A stretch of 64,000 bases of DNA from Lingula anatina (Eukaryota; Animalia; Brachiopoda), in the NCBI GenBank assembly GCA_051362555.1, contig CM120642.1, forward strand, positions 23,188,001 to 23,252,000, written 5' to 3'. The notes below the pieces were generated by a model, which was not told where the DNA came from, did not search any database, and worked only from the letters and a program-made list of their open reading frames with translations. Of the stretch, positions 48,051 through 58,600 are shown piece after piece. Each line of letters opens with the position of its first letter. Within the stretch, counting starts at the first letter, position 1. The position numbers and the translations under genes were made by a program.

Positions 48051-51000
48051 CGTGCGTGCGTGGGTGCGTGTGTGTGTGTTTGTGTGCCCTGCTGCAAATT
48101 GTAAAATATTTCACGTGGTTTTCTTTGCTTTTGCCAGTACAATCAGGAAATGCGCAAACAATGCATCTATAGTCAACAGAAGTGATTTATGACCGCAGTA
48201 AATACTACCACGCATTTCATTGTATGAAGAACAACAGCAGAGTACGAAGAAGCAAGCATTTTTTCAGGTCGTGGACCGCAGTCTATATCTGCCATAAATT
48301 TCTATTAATTTTAATGAATCCATGTGGTTAAAAAGCCCCGTTCTAGTTTAGTTTAGTTTAAAAAAACACTGATTCTAAATATACAATGTAAAATAAATCT
48401 ATTGCTTACTTAATACGATATTTGAAAAGACTTCTGTGAATAACTTCTTAATTTAAAAATGAAATTGTTTATGGGTGAATTTCTTCATTCTTTTTGTTTG
48501 AAGAGTAAAATAAAACTCAAAGCTGCAAGTTTAAACTGACGATTTGTCTAATTCTTGTAAGCCAGTGCGTTTCCTTAGTTGTGTTCGCTTATTACAGCGT
48601 AAATGCACTGTGGAAATTAAAAAAGACAACCTGACCTCTTCTGGTGCACATGTGTAATTTTAAGATAATCAAAGGCATTCTAACTTAATTTTATAACTGA
48701 ATTATAAAAGGTAATGACATATAGTGATAATGAGAGCACGCTTCTTACTTTTTAGTTACATGTACTTATTAGCCGTCAGATTCAGTGGGTCGAACTTGAT
48801 AACTTTATTTAATCGCCACCCTATTTATCCGTTAAAACGCTCTTGCTTGTATAAACAAAGTTTTAAACATGCGACGTGAATACCATGCTCATGGGGGTAT
48901 ATCTTTGCACTGAAATGTAGTGTAGTTGGTGGTTTGTTAGCTGGGGAAGATTTAAAATCTTATATAAGACCAAACCTCTTCTAACCCGCGTGGACCACCA
49001 ATAATCATATTGTATTTTATCATATTGTATTTTATACAAGCCTTGTAAATATAAGCTGGGCGGCTAAACAGAATATAGTCTACAGAAGGCATGACAGACA
49101 GTGACAAAATCCCGAAAACTGATAGACCGCAAGATAAATCTGTACACGTTTTTTCCCCTCTTATCTATATGAATGCTGTATTTAATGGTTCACTCGCATG
49201 CTGGTTTACATTAGACTTGCTGCTACTGCACTTTGCTCCACCGCCTTGATATCTGGCATAAAAATCCCATTGCTGAGACCTGAAAGTGGCTTATATGCTA
49301 GTGTAGAAAGTTTTTATTTATTTTACTATTAGATCTTGGTTATATAAACATCTAGAAATTCACTCTAATCTCCGGTACCACAGCCCACATGTGATGCTGG
49401 TGTTTATTAGAGTACACGTGTAAGAGTAATATTTCCGAATTTACTTTATTTTGCTTTGCTTTAAAATCATTGCAAAACTCACATTGGCCTACGGTACAAC
49501 GTATGTATGGAGTCGTTGGAATTTAGGCTAATCTATACGGTAAAGTATTTTTTATAACCAATTTATATGTATTTCCTGAACGGACCCCAAATCTAGCTTA
49601 AGCACGAGCTTTGGGGTGTTTGTATTATGCCGACATGTTTTGGGCACTAAATAATGCACGGCCCACGAGCCCGATGTACACGACAGCATGCGAGCGAAAA
49701 CGAGGGGGGTACCAGTGCATTATTTGTCATACATACAAAGGAAAATGGTACATGTTTCCCACCCAAAATAGACTACGTTGATATCACCGCGCTAATATCA
49801 CCGCGTATGGGGTCAGCCCCTCGGTATGTAGATATAAAACGCCAGTCACTGCACGAGAAAAAGAGAGAGGGAAGTGTGGAAAGGAGAGAAACCTCGTCCA
49901 AGCCACATACAGTCACCATAAATCCTATTTTATTTGAATAAAGACCGCTGTTACTGTTAGTTGAGTCACTTGTCAGTCGACTGTGTAATTTTTTAACATA
50001 CTGTGATGACCATCTTAAAAGCCCACCGATGGCCATCTGTTAACATATTTTTACTACGGTGACTCCGTTCTTATTACTGATGTTTACCTGACAGTGTGCT
50101 CACGCGATAAAATGTTAATCGCGATTTACTGGCTTACTGTGCTTTTATTGTACTTGGTCCGTTAGTAAGGCTCTATATCTTTTTTCCATCCTTTTGTTAA
50201 AAATATATTTTATTAGATATGTGATGTAAAAAACAAGAAATTGATTGACGTTTTTCAATGTGTACACATATGCACCCACATACACATATGCACGCGCATA
50301 CACATACAAGGCTTCTACCATACGGCTTTATAGAACGTGTGAATAATATTCATACCGTATAACACTTACATGGTGCGTAAAAACTTTTCTATTATAAAGC
50401 ATTTTATCTGATTCTTAAGAATCTGGCCAAATTATTGCACCCGTCATTTCTATGACTCTCCAACCACCTTGTGTCAGCCGCGCCTATATATTACGTGCAG
50501 TACGGGGGCCGATGGTTTGATAGTAGAAATCCCGGAACAAGACTAGTAAAAATCAGACGGGTATTGTATGCTTCATACCATCAGTATACTCGCCGAGGGC
50601 CGAGGCGTTTCAAGTAATACGGACTGCGTCTGAATAACGGACTGTCCACTTTAGATATGTGGAATAAATAAATGGGGTTCCTTTATGTGCTTCATCACGC
50701 TCAGAGCTTTGTAAAAAGAAATCACAAATAATGCCCGCCTTATATCCAAATGAAGAAAAGTCAGTGACACCTTACATGATAAAAAAATAAAGGAATGCTT
50801 TTGTGTATGGTTTTTCCATATTTTGTTGGCGTTATTTTTGGACATGTTTGTGCTTTAGTTACATGTGTAAATTGATGTGTTTGTAGAAAATGTTGTCCTT
50901 GGTTTCTTCATGTCGGTTCGTTCATTTTCCATATACATGGGTATTATATATAATATAATTAATTCCATATATCTTTTTTTTGCTTGGCTTTTTAACTTTC

Positions 51001-54000
51001 TTTCTTCCTTCTCGCCCCTTTGTTCTCTTCTTTTATTTCTTCCTATTCTTTCTGTCCCACATTTACTCAACCATTAGCTCCTAAAAATATGTTTTTTGGT
51101 CTTCCGAAATCTTTAAAATTGATGGAGTACCACGGGTTTCTTTCGCCTTAAAAAATCTTTACAGACTAAACACTAGATAAAATTTAATAAATTGCATTAA
51201 TCATTTATGTGGTGATACATGTATGCATATATGTACCAGTGTTTGTAACAGTAAAATTATTTACCAGATATTTAACTCTATAAACCAGGGGAGAGTCGGG
51301 GGGGGGGGGCACGAGACCCCCCCCCCCCCCATTTCCCCTTCGATTTCTGAAAACAATCACATCAATCTTGAAATTCGAATTTTGACCAGCTGAATCGTTC
51401 TAAACCGTACCAAATGCCACCGTTCGCCCTCTAAAATACCAACATTTTCCGTGGCCCTTCAACAGGCCCCGAACCCCGCGCCAAGGGGGGGGGGGGGGGG
51501 GGGTCGGCCTTTCATTACCAAAAACGGACCCCCCTTTCAAGTAATCCTAGATCTGCCCCTGTTTACAGTGTACACGCCGATTCGACACAAGTTGTACAAC
51601 TTGCTGAATTACTCATCAAAAATCAAGACAACTTATGCTAGTGTATTATTTACAAGGGAAGGACTGCAATGTTACAGCTTCTGCAGAATACTAGCTGTAA
51701 TTTTGTTGACGTGTGTACAGGATTAAACAACTCATTAAGTGTTTGTCCTTGACCTTCAAGACGCCTTCGATTGTTACTAGCAAAGTCAATATCAACTTTC
51801 AACCAGGAAGAAAAAGCATAGGTCTACAGTTTGACACACGAAGTGCCGCTGGCCGTGAACCAACATAATTTAACAAGAGTTTCTTATAACCCAAAATTTC
51901 TGTGCCCTTAAAGAGTATTCGAGTGATCCCACCTGACTGAGCATACTGTGGTATTTGGCAGCCGTTTTCCCACTGCCAGTGGACTTTAATGATTTGAAGC
52001 TGCCTGTATATGCATGTAACTTTAGTCGAGCCTCGCTCCGTTTTGGTGACATGCACTTCGTAATTTATGTGGGGTAAATCCGGAGTAAATCAGAGAGACG
52101 TTTTTTTCGTACTTTTTAACAGGGTGAGCCCATGTGACAATTTAAGCCAAATATAAACAGACGCTCGAGTTTTAGATGGAACGCTCTGTGCCTGTCAGAA
52201 AATTTGTCTGTAACGTGGTACATGTAATAAAGGAGTGACGGAGTAGGTGGAAAGAAAAGACTGGCGAGGCCTATCCCATATAATGAGCTGTAACCTTCAT
52301 TTTAAAGCGTGGTTTTATTAAAACAAAAGTGGCTTGTTTAATACATGCAATTCATAATGCATCACCTCTGGAAGGAAATGTTCCTACTTTTTTTCGTCCT
52401 GTCTAATTTAACAGCGGTCATTAATTCTGCGAATTAAAAAATACCTTTTCATATCCCTTGTCTATATATGGAAACGCCTTTAAATTCTATCTTCCTTGAT
52501 GGATAGCAGAGTAACTGATTTAGAATTAAAAGCCTTTGGGTTTAAACAAACAAGTATGCTCCTTTATTTTGTAAATGTGTTCGTAGCGCGCCCATGTAAT
52601 GTCGCATATTCCTATTTGTTTGAAAATTGTCGGCAAAAAAAAGTAATCATGAGAATTACGTTACTGAAATGATTTTGATAATGTGCAGTGTATTACTCCC
52701 CATGCCAAACGTAGGCCTACATGTTTTACTCTTTCTCATGCAATCAAAAATAAAATCAATTTTGAAATGAAATGTCCAGATATACTTGTCTATGTTTATA
52801 TGGCCTCTGGTAAATTCGAGTGAACATTGCATAGAATTTTCCCAATGCCTCTTTTTGTTTTAGGTAAGGAGTGGTTGTCACAACAACTGCAGGACTTAAT
52901 GCTTTTTTTTATTATATTGGAAGGTGGCACATGTATAACATTTTATTAAAATACAACTACATATTTCGACGTCGTCGCAAAAAGCGCTTATTCGTTTTTC
53001 ACAAACGCATCTACGTCTATCTAGACCCTTGCTGTCCTTTAACAACTATTAACATTTGGGTCAATTAGTGACAGTATAGTGTAAAAAATGAAAATGAAAA
53101 ACTTAACATGTTAGTCAAAGTACGTAGAATCCGAACAGTTAAGAGAACCTTTATGTGAGGCAAAAATATATATTAAAATTTTTTGTAACCCACTGACCAT
53201 ATGGAGAGATGAAAGATGTTCTTATCCATGGATTTCATAATTAAAATGGCTTGTAAGGGATTTGATTACTCTGCTGTTAATTTGAAGTGTCTGTGACTTG
53301 GATTTCAATCCAATTTTAAAGTTCAGGTCCGATTTTAAAGTAACACATGTAAATCACTCCTACTAGTCTTATGCAACTCATATAAAGCCCACGTGCCGAT
53401 GAAAAAACCAAATTAATCATTCGATCAACCAAGAACCTTCAAGTTTCTGGTCGTAATTTTCCTTCCATTCTGTTCGAAAAGTCCGCAAATTTCGTAGTTA
53501 GGTAGGGGCGAATCCAGGATTATTTGAGGGGGATCCGCATGTGCAAAGCCGACCCTCCCCCCCCCCCCCCTTGGAGTGGGGTTAGGAGTCCCGTGAAGGG
53601 CTTTTGTTTAATTATGTGTGTACACGACCAGTGGAACTTCGTGTGTCAAACTGTAGACCTATGCTTAAAAATTTCCTCCTGGTTGATAGTTAATGTTGAC
53701 TTTGCTGGTAACAATCGAAGGCGTCTTGAAGGTCAAGGACAAACACTTAATGAGTTGTTTCATCCTGTAAACACGACAACAAAATTACAGCTAGTATTCT
53801 GCGGAAGCTCTAACATTGCAGTCCTTCCCTTGTAAATAATACACTAGTTTAAGTTGTCTTGATTTTTGATGAGCAATTCAGCAAGTTGTACAACTTGTGT
53901 CGAATTGGCGTGTACACTGTGCACAGGGGCGGGTCCAGGATTACTTAAAGGGGGTCCGTTATTTTGGGAATGAGGGCCGCCCCCCCCCCCCCCACCCCCA

Positions 54001-55608
54001 CCTTGAAGTGGTATTCGCGGCCCTTCAGCGGGCCCCGAAAATTTTTGGTATTTTAGAGGACGAACGGTGGCATTTGGTACGGTTTTGAACTATGATTCAG
54101 CTAGTCAAATTTTTAACTTCAAGAGGGGACCATTGGTGTGATTTTTTTTCAGAAATTGGACCCCCCTGTATGACGCATTACTGCTGTGCACGCAATAATA
54201 TTATTCATATGAAGTTTGGCGAAAACGACCGAGTGTAAGAGAAGAATGTATTTATTAACGTGACATGTGAATATATAAATATATGAATCACCTGTTCGCG
54301 TGGGCTTACAAGTCACCGAACTTTGCACATTTATCAAAAACATCAGGTTAAGGTTATAACAAGAACAAACACGGTTAGATATATGATAATACAGTATATA
54401 CAGTAGTACAGTAGTTATTTATGGTACACTATGTATCTTTATTTGTCTTTGTGATATGTGACGCAGAAAGATAACCGAAAATATTTGTTCAAATACCAAG
54501 TATCAATTTTTATGATAAATAAATATACACATATAGCTCATACATTTAAAAGGCAATACTGTACTAGAGCTGCCTTATAGGAAATAGTGAGGGCCATCTT
54601 TTCATCGCACACATTCCTTGAGAACACCTACATGTATGGTGTATTTTAAATCTGCATTGATTTTAATCTTGCCCTGTGACATATAATAAAGGTGCATAAA
54701 TACATAGATCACCAATCAATTTAATTATTGCCACTGTTTTCCAGGGGATGGCATCTCATTCATTGGCTACAACGCCATACGCCAGCTCTCTTTATTGCTG
54801 GATCCTCATGACGCATTCGGCAATGATTGGAGAATGCTGGCAGACATATTGGGATTCAGTTTCCAAGAGATCCGAAAACTGGAACGAGAGAATGAACCCA
54901 CCAAGGCCTTGTTGTCTATCTATAGCGGTAGATGTGGCCAACCAGGAAGACAGTTCGTGGATAATTTGTATCAAGGGGCAATGTCTATGGGACGGACAGA
55001 CGTTGCAAACGTTCTACAGGATATACTGGATAAGTATGACAATCACAAGGCACCTGTACCTCACAGCATTAACACACTGCCTGTAACTGACACAGAAAAA
55101 ACGGCACCGTCCGATGAAATTCAAAAAGATCCTGTTGGCTGGACGCCTTCTTGCCATAAAGAGGGAGACTTAGAACCTGAAATAGGCAGCACGCAGGATA
55201 AAGACGTCAAGTTACTGAACATTAAAAATGCAAATGAACACAATATACCAAATAACTGTCCGACGTCTCCTGAAGATAATTCTCTGGCAAACGAATTTTG
55301 CCAGCCAGTGCCAAATGATTGTGACAATGGAGACGACACATGTGTATTGGAGCTCGGTAAGGAATCTCCTTCTATATAATAACACCTAACAAAATGAGAA
55401 CGACTTATGGTCATGTAGTGCTGCTTATGGAAGTTCATGCTTTGCATGAATGGTCAAGATTAAAAGGCGCAGATATATGTTCAAATTCTATCAATATTAT
55501 TCAGTCAAATTACACACAATGGAGAATGGAAGTGTCACCCCCTGAATCAGAGTAATCAATAATCAAAGAAGTCAGATCTTGAGTATTTATAATGCCTGGT
55601 CTTCATTT

Positions 55609-55643
<35 letters not shown>

Positions 55644-58600
55644 TGTGTGAAATTTGATGTTAATAAAATGATACCAGGAGCATATCATTCCACATTCATT
55701 TATCTCCCCCAAAGTATTGGTTCAGTAGGGGTGACACTTCCATTGTCCATTGTGTGTACTTAGTAGTATACACACTGACTAAAGTAGTCAACGGTTGGTA
55801 ATTGTATAATTGCTACAAATGATTTTTTAGAACCAGGTTTTGGTGAAGAACCACTGCCGCCGAGCGTACCTGAACTATGCAGCCTTCTGCGCGCAGAATG
55901 CAGAGCATGTCTCGTGCGATACCTCCAATCCCATCTCCCTTCTAAAACCAAGAACGTGGCCAAAGTTCTGCGCGAAAAGAAGTATCGAGAAAAAATAGAG
56001 ACTCTCAAAGAAAACAGCATTATTACAGAAGAGGAATTTGCACTTCTATATCCTGCGCAAGGGGTTCAGTGTGACGTCACTGAATTGGACTTGCCTCTCC
56101 TAGTGGTCCTCATTAGGAACATTACCCGTGGGGTCAAGATAAAATGGGATAAAACACCCCAAGAATTTGAGATCTCAAAATCGGACGATGTGCTCCGAAT
56201 AAGAGCGTTCTATCCTCTGATTAAACAAGAATCTGCAAAAACAATGGACCTGGAGGAATACGATGAGTTGTTTGTTGGTGTTTCAGAGCCCCTCCGGAGA
56301 ATGGGGGCTAACGTGGACAATTTGGTCAACTATAGAAGAGACAGGGTGACCCTAACTGATCCGGAGATTGTGGAAAATCTTGAGGAACAGAACCAGGGAA
56401 TCAAAAGACTGACGGAAATCGTTCATAAATACGGGAAACTTGGATTAGTTCTTGGTGTTGCGGTGCTACTTGTTATTATGGCAGTTATAGTGTATGTTGT
56501 GTCTGCGCCCAAAACGGAGTTTCCGACTATAGAAACGCCATGCAGAAAGAATATTGAACTTATAAAAAACCGTGAGTGTAGTCTCATTATACAATTTATC
56601 ACATCAGAGCCTTAAAATCACATTGAGGTGGGATGTGCTTTGCTCACCTGGACAAAAATGTCGCGTAATCGTCGGTCCATTGGCCTCTATGATATAGAAT
56701 TAGTCCCTCGATGATGTAAGTCATTATTGTAAGTCTAATGTTTTGGTTAAAAAGTGAGCTCAAAGCAATGACAAATCACTTAAGGCCCTTCCGATCTTTT
56801 TTAAAATGTAGTACAAAAGAGTCGATACACTTTGATGTTTACATTTCGATATTTGTATATTTGTGTATATGTATACAGTATTTTACTGTTTATGTTTTTT
56901 TCAGACACGTATATCCAACTGATGCCAAGAGCTGGATGGAAAGCTCGATATCCATCTGGCGAGCGAGACAAGCTCGTCTTGCCAGCGCACCGAGTTATTA
57001 TTGCTCACACTGGCGGCCTCTACTGTGGTCCCACAGAAACTCAGAAATGCTGCGAGTATGTAAAATCTATGCAAGATGATCACATGGATGGGAGAAGTAA
57101 GTAGTATATAAATATTTTTAAGTTTCTTTGAAAGATTTTTTTTTTTTTTGGGGGGGGGGGGGAGGGGGGGTCACAAAGAAAAGCCCATGCAACTCCGTTG
57201 CCCTCGCTCCATTACCGTTCCCGTGCCAGTTGAAATTAATTTTTTCATTTACATCCTTTGAATTTACTTCTTCTTTGGTCTACTTACGTACGCTTAACTT
57301 TATTGATTGACAAAGTGACAAATGTCATACTTACATGTTGATAATAATTGTATGCCAATTTGTCATATCCAAGTTTAGGCCCTCATTTTCGCTTTAGAAT
57401 AAGCCTAATCGTGAACATTTGAAACCTATCTTAAATAAGATTGTGTATTTTTTAGGTAATTTAAGATGGAACAATACAACGACCCATAATTGTCAAGAGC
57501 GTATGAGCCTGGAAATTAAATTAAATTCTTCTCATGACATACCTGTATTATCCGAACGTATTTCCTTCTTTTCGTCGTCTGACTGCCAAAGCCCCGAGTT
57601 GAAATAGCAAATCATATGAATAATATCTAGAATTGTGGGGAAACTGAAAAACAAGCCCTGCTATAAAAAAGTACTTAAATGGATAAAGCGATGCTCAATG
57701 ATAAAGAAAATTATTTATTTGTGTCAAAATCCAGAGCGTTTGGCAGGAGGTAGGCACTATATTACTTCAACATGTCATGACTCAAACGCTAGAATTAAAT
57801 CAGTCGTTAAAAACGTAGGAAACTATGATACAGTTTATTTAAATTGACACTGTTGAGGTCTACCAGGTGTTTTACAAAAATATAATATTTAATGCAGACT
57901 ATATTTAGCTATAGGAAACCAAAAACCAAAAGCCTGCACAATAATAATAATACTGCCCGCCGAGGGGTTTAGTGGTGATGGTTGGTGAAGAATTATACTT
58001 GAGTCAGTGAACACTCAATTATTGATTTTTTTTCTAAAAGAAAAAAGTATAGAAAAGGGAACGCTGAAATCGATTCATCTTTTGTGGATAAGTAAGGAAA
58101 ACGGGCTTAAGACGTCATCAGTAGTTAAAGTCTGTGTTAGAGATAGCGGCTACGGAGATGCTGCTCATTTTCACAGTTTCACTTTAAAAGTAGTGCCGTA
58201 AGTGAGAAGCGCTGATGAAAATGTCGCGTGCGTCTGATGCTATAGTGACTGACGCATTTCCCAATACAATTAATTGACTTAGCCCATCACAATTTTAGCC
58301 TTCTTTTCCTATGACACCATGCGTGCAATGAGTGAAAATGTTTATTATTTTGTCCGGAGAACATTTTTAAAGTCTGAAATCCTCAGTGAGCAAAATGTTA
58401 ATAATGCACGCCCGGGGTCAAAATTTAATTTTATTTTGACCAAAGATAAGTCATTACTAGTTCTATTCCAAAGAATATCACCGCTGATAAATAAAATAAA
58501 TCCTGAGTCGATCTTGCCATAATGGGGAGTATGTAACAAGTCATTCCCATACCTAGATCGATTTAGCAGGATCGACCCATCTCCGAGAGGATTCTTGCTA

